The notes beneath the pieces are model-generated. The model was not told where the DNA came from, ran no database searches, and was given only the letters and a program-made list of their open reading frames with translations. The position numbers and the translations under genes were made by a program. Positions 9,054-19,072 of a stretch of 64,000 nt of DNA are shown piece after piece (position 1 is the first letter of the stretch; the number at the start of each line of letters is the position of its first letter). Origin of the DNA: an uncultured Gemmatimonadaceae bacterium (GTDB taxonomy: Bacteria > Gemmatimonadota > Gemmatimonadetes > Gemmatimonadales > Gemmatimonadaceae); assembly GCA_963843845.1 (NCBI GenBank), contig CAWJMB010000002.1, positions 800,001-864,000 of the forward strand, read 5' to 3'.

Positions 9054-10238
9054 ATGTCAGTGCGCTCGGCCAGCACCATCGACGACATCACCGATCGCCT
9101 CGTGCCCGACGTCCTGTCGAGGCACGAGGCCATCGAGCACTGGCAGGACGAACGCGACGCGGCGTTCGTCTACGCCGCGCTCGCACCGCGCATGCCGACC
9201 GCCGAAGAGCGGCGCACGCTCGAGCGCATCGCGCGCGAGGAGATCGTGCACCGCGACTACTTCGCCGCCCTCGTCGCCGCCTCGGCCGTGGGACCGACGC
9301 ACGCCGTCGACGACGCCCTGCGGCCGTCGCTCCGCGCGCGAAGCTTCGTCGCGCTGTCGCACGTCATCGGTGTGAAGCTCGTGCTCGCCGTCCTTCGCGT
9401 CGCCGAAGGGCGCGAGGTCGCACGCTTTCTGCGGCTCGTGCACCGCACCCCAGACTTCGCGGCGCGCGCGCCCGGGCTCGTGCGCCTCGCCCGCGAGAGC
9501 GCCGCGCATGCGCAGGCGCTCGGCCACCTCACCGGCGTGCGCGGCGATCCGTGGCACCGCGCCGAGGTCGGCGGCGTCGTGCGCAACGTCGTGTACGGGT
9601 TCAACGACGGGCTGACGGCGAACTTCGGACTCATCGCGGGCGTCGTCGGCGCGAGCGTGCCGCGCGAGGTCGTGCTGCTCGCGGGGCTCTCCGGCCTCGT
9701 CGCCTCCGCGTTCTCGATGGGCGCCAGTGGCTATCTCGCCGCGACGAGCCAGCGCGAGGTCGACACGAACGAGATCAACGTCCAGCGCGCCGAGTTGGTG
9801 CTCTGGCCGGAGCGCGAGCAGGCATACCTCGCGACGCTCTACCAGGAGAAGGGGCTGTCGGAGGCGGAAGCGGCGGTCGCCGCGCAGCGTGTGATGGGGG
9901 ACGTGGACGTCGCGCTCCGCGAGCTGGCGCGCGAGAAGCTCGGCATCACCGACGAGACGGGATCGCCGGTGCAGGAGGGGATGATCACCGGCGCGGCGAC
10001 GACGGTCGGCGCGCTCGTACCCCTCGTGCCCTATCTCGTCACCGGCGGCGTCGGCGCCGCGATCGCCTCGTTCGCGCTCGCGATGGCCGCGCACTTCCTC
10101 GTCGGCGCGGCACGCAGCGCCTTCACCGGGCGCGGCTGGTTCCGGAGCGGATTCGACATGCTCGCCGTCGGACTCGGGGTCGCGGCGGTCGGATACGTCG
10201 TCGGCTATCTGTTCACCGGCGTCCTGCCGGCCGGGTGA
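9054..10238 (+). CDS. VIT1/CCC1-family Fe/Mn transporter with N-terminal ferritin/rubrerythrin-like domain
   Basis: N-terminal ExxH motifs (EEIVH, ESAAH), VIT1 signature RNVVYGFNDGLTANFGL...SMGASGYL, and C-terminal TM helices. Confidence 0.88.
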   Translation: MSVRSASTIDDITDRLVPDVLSRHEAIEHWQDERDAAFVYAALAPRMPTAEERRTLERIAREEIVHRDYFAALVAASAVGPTHAVDDALRPSLRARSFVALSHVIGVKLVLAVLRVAEGREVARFLRLVHRTPDFAARAPGLVRLARESAAHAQALGHLTGVRGDPWHRAEVGGVVRNVVYGFNDGLTANFGLIAGVVGASVPREVVLLAGLSGLVASAFSMGASGYLAATSQREVDTNEINVQRAELVLWPEREQAYLATLYQEKGLSEAEAAVAAQRVMGDVDVALRELAREKLGITDETGSPVQEGMITGAATTVGALVPLVPYLVTGGVGAAIASFALAMAAHFLVGAARSAFTGRGWFRSGFDMLAVGLGVAAVGYVVGYLFTGVLPAG

Positions 10239-10265
10239 GGCGCCAGGCGATCGTGCGGCCGCTCG

Positions 10266-10625
10266 TTACGCGCTCGCCCACACCTTCACGGCGACGGCGA
10301 CGAGAAAGACCGCGAACAGCCGCGCCGCCGTCCGCGGCTGCAGCATCTGGTTCAACATCGCGCCGCCGTACGCGCCGACGAATAGCCCGAGTGCGATGAA
10401 CAACGACGCGCGGAGGTCGACGTGCCCGTTCTTGTAGTAGGCCCACGCGCCGAGCGCCCCGACCGGGAGGAGCAGCGCGCCGAGCGACGTTCCGGTCGCC
10501 GTCTGCGGAGTGAACTTCGCGAAGAAGAGGAGCGCCGGTACGATGACGATGCCGCCGCCGATCCCGAAGAGCCCCGAGAGGATCCCGGCGCCGAGCCCGA
10601 TCGCGATGAACGTGAAGAGAGGCAT
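10266..10625 (-). CDS. TauE/SafE (TSUP) family membrane protein, half-size
   Basis: GLGAGILSGLFGIGGGIVIVP...ATGTSL signature; about 4 TM helices. Confidence 0.85.
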   Translation of the reverse strand: MPLFTFIAIGLGAGILSGLFGIGGGIVIVPALLFFAKFTPQTATGTSLGALLLPVGALGAWAYYKNGHVDLRASLFIALGLFVGAYGGAMLNQMLQPRTAARLFAVFLVAVAVKVWASA

Positions 10626-10726
10626 CCTCGACTCTGCGGAGAGTTGACGTGAGCGGTGTTGCGGTGACGGCCGACCACAAGATTAGCGCCGTTGCCGCCC
10701 GCCGGATGATGTCGTTAGGATCGCGC

Positions 10727-11656
10727 ATGATGCGCCGCCGCTTCCTCGTGCTCGGCTCACTCGCGCTCGTGGCGATCGGCTGCTCGCGGTCGGAGCCGAG
10801 TGCGCGCCCCGCGCAGACCGCGGCAGCGTACGATCCCGCGACGTGGCAGCCGCCGCCAGAGTCCGCGATCCCGAACGACTCGCTGGGCGCGGCGATCCGG
10901 CGCGGGCTCGCGCTGATCGTGCACACGACCGACAGTCTGCCGCGCTACGCCCCCGGCCGCATCAGCTGCCGGAGCTGCCACCTCGCCGCCGGGCGCGACG
11001 AGAACTCGGCGCCGCTCATCGGGTCGCACGTGCGCTACCCGCGCTACCTCGATCGGGCCGGCGCCGTCGTCACGATGATCGACCGGGTGAACTACTGCTT
11101 CACTCGGTCGCTCGCCGGCCGCCGGCTCCCGCCGGAGAGCCGCGAGATGGCCGACATCCTCGCCTATCTCGCGTTCCTCTCGAAAGGAATCCCGACCGGG
11201 GCGACGGCGCGCGGCGGACTGCCGCCGATGCGCGACACCCTCGTCGGCGACACGACGCGCGGTGCCGCCGTGTTCCGCTCCACCTGCGCGTCGTGTCACG
11301 GCACGAACGGCGACGGCACCAGAGTCGTCCCGGCGCTCTGGGGGCCGCACTCGTACGCCATCAGCGCGTCGATGGCGCGCGAGGAGCGCGCCGCCTCGTT
11401 CATCTGGCACAACATGCCGCTCGGCAGAGCAAAGACGCTGACGCAGCAGCAGGCGTTCGACGTCGCGGCATACGTGAATGCGCAGCCGCGTCCCGACGCG
11501 CCGGGAAAGGAGAAGGACTGGCCAGCCGGAACGGCGCCCGCCGACGTCCCCTACGACACCAGAGGTCACACGGCGCACCGCCCGCCGCCGCTCCTTCCGC
11601 GTGCCCACCCTGACGAGGCCGTCGTGCCGGCCCCGCCGCGTGCGGGGCACCGCTGA
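10727..11656 (+). CDS. tsdA: Diheme c-type cytochrome lipoprotein, thiosulfate dehydrogenase TsdA-like
   Basis: Two CxxCH motifs (CRSCH, CASCH), RVNYCFTRS with the TsdA-type active-site Cys, HNMP distal Met, lipobox AIGC. Confidence 0.75.
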   Translation: MMRRRFLVLGSLALVAIGCSRSEPSARPAQTAAAYDPATWQPPPESAIPNDSLGAAIRRGLALIVHTTDSLPRYAPGRISCRSCHLAAGRDENSAPLIGSHVRYPRYLDRAGAVVTMIDRVNYCFTRSLAGRRLPPESREMADILAYLAFLSKGIPTGATARGGLPPMRDTLVGDTTRGAAVFRSTCASCHGTNGDGTRVVPALWGPHSYAISASMAREERAASFIWHNMPLGRAKTLTQQQAFDVAAYVNAQPRPDAPGKEKDWPAGTAPADVPYDTRGHTAHRPPPLLPRAHPDEAVVPAPPRAGHR

Positions 11657-11818
11657 ACGGACACGACACGCGATGTTCGGCTCCTCTTCGCCGTGACCGT
11701 CACGAGATCACTGCATCAGTTGCACAAATGTGGCTACACCGTGACAATCTGAGGCGGTCCGGCGCCATATCCGATCTTCGATCCGTGCTCGCATGACAGG
11801 ATTTTCATCGCATAGCGG

Positions 11819-11847
11819 TTGACGTGTAGTTCAGACACGAATACATT
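11819..11847 (+). promoter_or_regulatory. Sigma70-type promoter TTGACG-N17-TACATT
   Basis: Near-consensus -35 and -10 boxes with a 17-bp spacer in an AT-enriched intergenic region. Confidence 0.75.
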
Positions 11848-11853
11848 CGCCGC

Positions 11854-11946
11854 ATGTCCTTCGTTCGGCTCGTCGCCAAGCAGCTCGTCACCCGCGCCTC
11901 GTTCTGCGACGGTGTGAACGACGACGGGCGGATGCGACGGGGCTGA
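11854..11946 (+). CDS. Putative leaderless leader peptide (uORF), 30 aa: MSFVRLVAKQLVTRASFCDGVNDDGRMRRG
   Basis: ATG 6 nt after the -10 box, GC3-rich codons, and a 3' end overlapping the antiterminator strand. Confidence 0.55.
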   Translation: MSFVRLVAKQLVTRASFCDGVNDDGRMRRG

Positions 11947-11970
11947 ACGAGCGAACATCGAGACACACCG

Positions 11971-12008
11971 CCCCCGCATCCGCCCCGGATGCGGGGGTTC
12001 GTCGTTCT
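11971..12008 (+). terminator. Attenuator terminator hairpin upstream of the ROK gene
   Basis: 12-bp perfect stem CCCCCGCATCCG-ccc-CGGATGCGGGGG followed by TTCGTCGTTCT. Confidence 0.75.
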
Positions 12009-12038
12009 CGACCCTGCGACCTGCTCCGCGAGTGCTCA

Positions 12039-13295
12039 ATGCGCAAGATCGACACGCGAGACTTCCGCCGCGCCAGCCGTTCGACGTCGCGTGAGGTGAA
12101 CCGTCAGATCGTGCTGACTCTCATTCGCGAGTTGCAGCCGATCTCGCGCGCCGATCTCGCGCGCCGGATGGAGGTCGCGCGCAGCGCGCTCACCGCGATC
12201 GTGCGCGACCTCGTCGCCGCCGGCGCGGTGTCGGAGAGCCGAGACGACAGCGAGACGCATGGACTCGGGCGGCGGCCGACGCTGCTCCGGGTGCGCACCC
12301 GTGGCCACTTCGCCGTCGCCGTCGACGTTCGCTCCGACGTCACGACCGTCGCGCTCGCCGACTTCGGCGGCAACGTCGTCGCCCGCGATTCGCTGCCCAC
12401 CCCTGCGTCCCCCGACGCCTTCGTCGCCGCGCTCGCCGAGCGCGTCGTGGCCGTGATGAGCGGAGTGCAGGGCGCCGGAGTGGTGGGCGTCGCGATCGTC
12501 GTGCCCGGCATGGTCGACCGCCGGACCGGGCGCGTGATCTACGCACCGCGGCTCGGGTGGCGTGACGTCGATCTCTGCGGGGCGCTGCACGCCCGGCTGC
12601 GACTGCCCATCTACCTCGAGAACTCGCCGGTCGCCTGTGCGCTCGCCCGGCTCTGGCTCTCGCCCGACGGCCGCGAGACGTCGCGCAACTTCGCGTTCGT
12701 GAGCATCTCCGATGGTGTCGGGGTGGGCCTCGTGACGAACGGGGAAGCGCTCCGGGGCGAGGCGCACACCGCCGGCGAGTTCGGCCACGTGCTCCTCGAC
12801 CCGCACGGCCCGGCATGCGTCTGCGGGCGCCGTGGCTGCTGGGAGTCGTTCACCTGCAACGCCGCGACGGTGCGCCGCTACGTCGAGCGCGTGATGCACC
12901 GCCGCGCGGCGCGGGCGGATCACGCGCCGAGCGACGCGGGTACGACGACCGACGAGTACGTGCAGGCGCCGACGGTCGAGGAGATCGTGCGGCGTGCCCG
13001 GCGCGGCGAGGACGAGGCGCTCTGGGCGCTCGCCGAGACCGGCTGGTACATCGGACGCGGGCTGGCGGCAGTCGTCTCGGCGTTCAGCCCGGGTCGTCTG
13101 TACCTGGGTGGGGAGATCACGGCCGGGTGGTCGTTCATCGAGGGGCCGATGCGGCAGGCGCTCGCCGACGGCACCCTCACCGACGCCGCGCGCTGTACCC
13201 CGATCGTTCCCGATCGCCAGCCCGACCTCTACCGGCTGCTGGGCGCCGTCGCGCTCGTCGCCGCGCCGACGTTCGCCGCTCCGCAGGTCGCCTGA
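12039..13295 (+). CDS. ROK family transcriptional regulator (NagC/XylR-like)
   Basis: N-terminal HTH (PISRADLARR), GVGVGLV, and Zn motif AGEFGH...CVCGRRGCWE. Confidence 0.93.
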   Translation: MRKIDTRDFRRASRSTSREVNRQIVLTLIRELQPISRADLARRMEVARSALTAIVRDLVAAGAVSESRDDSETHGLGRRPTLLRVRTRGHFAVAVDVRSDVTTVALADFGGNVVARDSLPTPASPDAFVAALAERVVAVMSGVQGAGVVGVAIVVPGMVDRRTGRVIYAPRLGWRDVDLCGALHARLRLPIYLENSPVACALARLWLSPDGRETSRNFAFVSISDGVGVGLVTNGEALRGEAHTAGEFGHVLLDPHGPACVCGRRGCWESFTCNAATVRRYVERVMHRRAARADHAPSDAGTTTDEYVQAPTVEEIVRRARRGEDEALWALAETGWYIGRGLAAVVSAFSPGRLYLGGEITAGWSFIEGPMRQALADGTLTDAARCTPIVPDRQPDLYRLLGAVALVAAPTFAAPQVA

Positions 13296-13320
13296 CACAC
13301 CCCGAATCTCACTGACCTCC

Positions 13321-14232
13321 ATGCCCCCGAAACGCTCCACGAACGGCCGCTTCGTCGCCGCCACCGCCACCGCCACCGCCACGCCGGACGACGCGACGGC
13401 GGTGCTCGCCTTCCTCTCCGGTTGGCGCCAGCAGCAGGAAGGGACGATCGTCGCCGGCAGCTCGCTCATCGTACGCTACGAGCCCGAGCGCCTCGCGGAC
13501 GGCGAGGGCGGCGTCGTCGTCGCCGCCGCGACGAAGAAGCTCAAGACACCGCGCGAGATCATCGGCTACGCCCGCTTCCTTCCGGGCGGTCAGATCCGCC
13601 ACGCGACGCTGCGTGGACGCCGCGCCGCGCGAAAGGTCGCGGCGGAGATCGCTGTGCCGCCGGAGACGCGCGAAGTCGAGCTGTGGTTCCAGTGCACCGA
13701 CGCCGACGGCGTGCTGGCGTGGGACAGCCGCTTCGGCGAGAACTATCGCTTCGCCGTCGCGCATCCGAGCCCGCGGCATTCGCTGGCGATGCGCGCGAAC
13801 ACGATCGTCGACGGAGCCGTGATCACGGTCGCGGACGAGGCGGCGATCAAGCTGAATGCGTTCGAGAGCCACCCGGGGCGCCCGGCCGGCGGGGCGAGCC
13901 TGCAGACGAGCCTGCACGTCGCCGCCCGCGTGCGGAAGAGCGCCGCGGTGAGCGCGGTGTGGGTGGACGTCCACTGCTTCGACGGCGACGCCGAGCGCGT
14001 CCATGGCGACTCGCTCCCGCTTCGCCGCGAGCGCGACGCCGACGACACGTTCGACCTGTTCGTGCTCGACGGCGCCCTCTACCAGGGCACGATCGCGACA
14101 CCCGGCTCGGCCATGCCGCGGCCGGACGTGCGGTCGGTGCAGTACCGTGTGTACTGCGCGACCGAGCGCGGCGTGCTCAGCGACGGCGAGCTACATCGCT
14201 GCTATCTCAAGACGGACGCGTTGAGCAGCTGA
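13321..14232 (+). CDS. Hypothetical protein with DUF6209-like N-terminal domain
   Basis: YEPERL...VELWF...WDSRFGENYRF resembles DUF6209 (recalled, not searched). Typical codon usage. Confidence 0.6.
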   Translation: MPPKRSTNGRFVAATATATATPDDATAVLAFLSGWRQQQEGTIVAGSSLIVRYEPERLADGEGGVVVAAATKKLKTPREIIGYARFLPGGQIRHATLRGRRAARKVAAEIAVPPETREVELWFQCTDADGVLAWDSRFGENYRFAVAHPSPRHSLAMRANTIVDGAVITVADEAAIKLNAFESHPGRPAGGASLQTSLHVAARVRKSAAVSAVWVDVHCFDGDAERVHGDSLPLRRERDADDTFDLFVLDGALYQGTIATPGSAMPRPDVRSVQYRVYCATERGVLSDGELHRCYLKTDALSS

Positions 14233-14238
14233 CCACGC

Positions 14239-14267
14239 CGTCGACCCGCGCGGGGCTCGGGTCGACG
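14239..14267. terminator. Hairpin between convergent genes
   Basis: 10-bp stem CGTCGACCCG / CGGGTCGACG. Confidence 0.55.
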
Positions 14268-14272
14268 AGCGG

Positions 14273-15130
14273 TCAGGCGCTCACCGCGACCGTCAGCGAC
14301 GCCTTGAGTCCCGCCGCGACGCTTCCCGAGACGGTCGCCAGCTCGAGGGCCGAGCCGTCGCTGAACACGTTGTCGCTGGCGAGCGAGACCTGTGCGGCGT
14401 TGCGGACGCTCGACTCGTAGCCGGCGGTCGCGTAGACGAGGTCGTTCGCCGCCTTGGGAAGCGCGATCTGCGAGGTCGCGATCTTGTTGCGCACGCTCGT
14501 CGCGGCGCTGAGGCTCGGGTAGACCTCGAAGTGGATGTGCGGCCAGCGCCCCGAGTAGCACGCCGGATAGATCGAGGTGAACGTCACCTTGCCGCTCGCG
14601 TCGGCCGCCTGCACGCCGCGCAGATAGTTCTGGTTCGTCACCCCCGACGAGTAGAGCGAGTACCGCCCCTCGCGGTCGCAGTGCCAGAGGTACACTGCGC
14701 GGTCCGCGAGCGGCTCGCACGTCGACGCCGAGACGATCGTCAGCTCGATCGTCAGCGGAACGCCGACCGCCGTGCCGCTCAGTCCCGCGAACGACGACCG
14801 GATGTCGGTCCGTACGACACCCGTGGCCGCGAGCACGCTCGGCCCGTTCGAGCCGTCGGCGGGATACGGTCCGGCGGTCTCCTCGGGGATGCGGCTGCAC
14901 GATCCAGCGGCGGTGCCGCTGTTCACCCCGCCCGTGTTGATCGTCGTCGTCGGGTCGGTGATCGCGTCCGACGTCGCGCAGCCGAGCAGGTGCAGCGCGC
15001 CGAAGCCGGCGCCGAACTTGGCGGCCATCGCGACCACGCGGCGGCGGTCCATGGAGCCGCCGGTCGCGCGGAGGTCGCGGTGCAGACCACCGAAATCGTC
15101 GTGATCGTCGTCGTCGTGGAAGTGCGACAT
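14273..15130 (-). CDS. Intradiol ring-cleavage dioxygenase-like protein, probably an exported lipoprotein
   Basis: ETAGPYP, VYLWHCDREGRYS, LRGVQ and YSGRWPHIHFEV motifs; RRR...LLGC signal. Confidence 0.85.
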   Translation of the reverse strand: MSHFHDDDDHDDFGGLHRDLRATGGSMDRRRVVAMAAKFGAGFGALHLLGCATSDAITDPTTTINTGGVNSGTAAGSCSRIPEETAGPYPADGSNGPSVLAATGVVRTDIRSSFAGLSGTAVGVPLTIELTIVSASTCEPLADRAVYLWHCDREGRYSLYSSGVTNQNYLRGVQAADASGKVTFTSIYPACYSGRWPHIHFEVYPSLSAATSVRNKIATSQIALPKAANDLVYATAGYESSVRNAAQVSLASDNVFSDGSALELATVSGSVAAGLKASLTVAVSA

Positions 15131-15234
15131 GGCGTCGGGTGCTCTGCGTCGATGGAGTCGAGTGCGTGGCTGCTGTCTCGACACGCATTCGCTCGCCGAC
15201 CCCTACGGCGCCGATCACCATGTCTCACACGCCC

Positions 15235-15282
15235 GCGCCGTCGTCAGCGCCGTCGTCAGCGCCGTCGTCAGCGCCGTCGTCA
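15235..15282. repeat. 12-bp tandem repeat GCGCCGTCGTCA x4, intergenic
   Basis: Read directly from the sequence. Confidence 0.9.
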
Positions 15283-15299
15283 GCGACGGGACCGCGTCG

Positions 15300-16643
<1,344 letters not shown>

Positions 16644-16682
16644 CAGGCGGCGCGGTCCGAGTGCCTCACGCGCCGACTACCC

Positions 16683-17495
16683 CTACCGCTCGTTCGCTTC
16701 GAGGAATTCACGCATGAGCGCGATGGTCTCGTCGGGCGCGCTCAGGTGGGGACAGTGGCCGGTCGCGCGCATCTCGCGCAGCGTGCTTCCCGGCAGCGCA
16801 CCGTGCAGGTACCGCCCCACTTCGAGCGGCGCGATCACGTCGTCGGTGCACTGCAGGATCAGCGACGGCACGCGGACGTGCGCGAGGTCCGCGCGATTGT
16901 CGGCGAGGAACGTCGCCTGGGCGAAGCGGCGCGCCATCACCGGGTCGGTCGAGCAGAAGCTCGCCGTCAGCTCGCCGCCGAGCTCGGGGCGGTCGGCGTT
17001 CCCCATGATCGACGGCGCGAGCGCGTTCGCCCAGCCGATGTAATTGCGGTCCATCATCTCGAGCAGTCCGTCGACGTCGGCGCGCTCGAAGCCGCCGACG
17101 TACGACGGCGGGTCGTTCAGGTAGCGCGGCGACGGGCCGATGAGGACCAGCCGCGCGAACCGCTCCGGCGCCCGGTTCGCCGCGAGCACGCCGATCATCG
17201 CACTCACCGAGTGGCCGACGAACACCACGTCGGTGAGATCGAGCGCCTCGCAGACGTCGAGCACGTCCTGCGCGTAGCCGTCGAGCGCGGCGTAGCGCCG
17301 CGCGTCGTACGCCGCGATGTCGGAGCGGCCGGAGCCGACGTAGTCGAACAGCACGACGCGGTAGTCGTCCGCGAACGCCGGCGCGACGTGGCGCCACATC
17401 TGCTGGTCGCACCCGAAGCCGTGCGCGAACAGCATCGGGCGACTTCCGCGCCCGATCTCGGAGACGTTGTTACGGGCGCGGATGTCGAAGGTCAT
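16683..17495 (-). CDS. rsbQ: RsbQ-family alpha/beta hydrolase (KAI2/D14-like)
   Basis: [25 protein letters not shown] nucleophile motif, [16 protein letters not shown]. Confidence 0.9.
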   Translation of the reverse strand: MTFDIRARNNVSEIGRGSRPMLFAHGFGCDQQMWRHVAPAFADDYRVVLFDYVGSGRSDIAAYDARRYAALDGYAQDVLDVCEALDLTDVVFVGHSVSAMIGVLAANRAPERFARLVLIGPSPRYLNDPPSYVGGFERADVDGLLEMMDRNYIGWANALAPSIMGNADRPELGGELTASFCSTDPVMARRFAQATFLADNRADLAHVRVPSLILQCTDDVIAPLEVGRYLHGALPGSTLREMRATGHCPHLSAPDETIALMREFLEANER

Positions 17496-17619
17496 GCGGT
17501 ACATGTTAGCACCCGCAGGCGACGGCCGCACCACGACGCCGCGACAGAGCCCGGGGCGGCGCCCGTACGGGGGCTCGGTGTAGAATGCACGTCGGCCCCG
17601 CTCACGCCTTCGAGGTGCA

Positions 17620-18363
17620 ATGCCGCTCTACGAGGAATTCGTGTCGTCCGGCCAGTGGCTCTTCCGCTGGCGGAGCTACCTGCCGCTCGCGCTCTACCCG
17701 CCGGTCGCGTTCGTCATGTGGACGCGCGCCCGCGCCGGACTCGTCCCCGCGCCGGACCACGCGTGGGATCTGTTCTGCGTCGCCATCTCGCTCCTCGGCG
17801 TCGTCGTCCGCGCGGTCGCGATCGGGTGCGCGCCCGCCGGAACGTCGGGGCGCAACACCGACAAGGGGCTCGAGGCGTCGACGGTCAACACGACCGGGAT
17901 GTACTCGGTCGTTCGCCACCCGCTCTACGTCGGCAACTTCCTCATGTGGCTCGGCGTCGCGCTGCTGCCGCGCTCGGCGTGGCTCGCCATCGTGATCTCG
18001 TTCGCGTTCTGGCTCTACTACGAGCGGATCATGTTCACCGAGGAGGAGTTCCTCCGCCGCCAGTTCGGCGAGCGCTACGAACAGTGGGCGCGCGCGACGC
18101 CGGCGTTCGTGCCGAAGCTGCGCGGGTGGCGATCGCCGTCACTGTCGTTCTCCGGCCGCAACGTGCTGCGCCGGGAGTACTCCGGCCTGTTCGGCCTCGT
18201 CGCGTCGTTCACGCTGCTCGACGCCGTGCGCGAGACGGCGGCCCGCGGCGCGGTCGCCATCGACCGCATGTGGGTCGGCATCTTCGGTGCGACGCTGCTG
18301 TTCTACGTCGCGACGCGGGCGCTGAAGAAGGGAACGCACGTGCTGCACGTCGAGGGGCGATGA
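17620..18363 (+). CDS. ICMT-family membrane methyltransferase, lipid A phosphate methyltransferase (LmtA)-like
   Basis: [34 protein letters not shown] and [13 protein letters not shown] motifs. Confidence 0.78.
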   Translation: MPLYEEFVSSGQWLFRWRSYLPLALYPPVAFVMWTRARAGLVPAPDHAWDLFCVAISLLGVVVRAVAIGCAPAGTSGRNTDKGLEASTVNTTGMYSVVRHPLYVGNFLMWLGVALLPRSAWLAIVISFAFWLYYERIMFTEEEFLRRQFGERYEQWARATPAFVPKLRGWRSPSLSFSGRNVLRREYSGLFGLVASFTLLDAVRETAARGAVAIDRMWVGIFGATLLFYVATRALKKGTHVLHVEGR

Positions 18364-18436
18364 CGACCGATCCATCCGGTCGCTCGCGGTGTATCGTACA
18401 GATCGTTTCGACCAGCCATCCATCGCCCAGGCTCTC

Positions 18437-19072
18437 ATGCGTCGCCTTGCCGCACTCGCCGCCGTCACGCTGACCTTCGGGGGCGCGATCGCCTCCTCCG
18501 CGCTCACGCCGCCGCGAGAGCTGCGCACTGCCGTCTTCGCCGGCGGCTGCTTCTGGGGCGTCGAGGCCGTGTTCGAGCACGTGAGGGGCGTCACCGACGC
18601 CGTCAGCGGCTACGCCGGCGGCGCCGGCGCGAACCCGGACTACGAGGCGGTGAGCGGCGGCGGCACGGGCCACGCCGAAGTCGTGCGCGTCACGTACGAC
18701 CCCGCGCAGGTGAGCTACGCCCAGCTCCTGCGCGTCTTCTTCTCGGTCGCGCACGATCCGACGCAGCTCAACTTCCAGGGCCCCGACCACGGCACGCAGT
18801 ACCGCTCGGCCATCTTCACGGCCGACGCGCAGCAGGCCACGGAAGCGACCGCGTACGTCGCGCAGCTCACGAAGGCGAGGACGTTCGACGCGCCGATCGT
18901 GACGCAGATCGTGCCGCTCAAGCAGTTCTACCCGGCCGAGGCCTATCACCAGGACTTCGCCGAGCGGAACCCGAGCTACCCGTACATCGTGATCCACGAC
19001 CGGCCGAAGGTCGAGGCGCTGCGCAAGCAGTTCCCGCAGCTCTACACGGAGAAGCGGCTGGCGACGCGCTAG
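18437..19072 (+). CDS. msrA: Peptide-methionine (S)-S-oxide reductase with signal peptide
   Basis: [31 protein letters not shown]. Confidence 0.95.
   Translation: MRRLAALAAVTLTFGGAIASSALTPPRELRTAVFAGGCFWGVEAVFEHVRGVTDAVSGYAGGAGANPDYEAVSGGGTGHAEVVRVTYDPAQVSYAQLLRVFFSVAHDPTQLNFQGPDHGTQYRSAIFTADAQQATEATAYVAQLTKARTFDAPIVTQIVPLKQFYPAEAYHQDFAERNPSYPYIVIHDRPKVEALRKQFPQLYTEKRLATR

Noticed and set aside
11826..11844. ROK operator-like GTAGTTC-N6-GAATAC within the promoter spacer
   Set aside because: Palindromic only with a bulge and present as a single instance; plausible autoregulation but unsupported.
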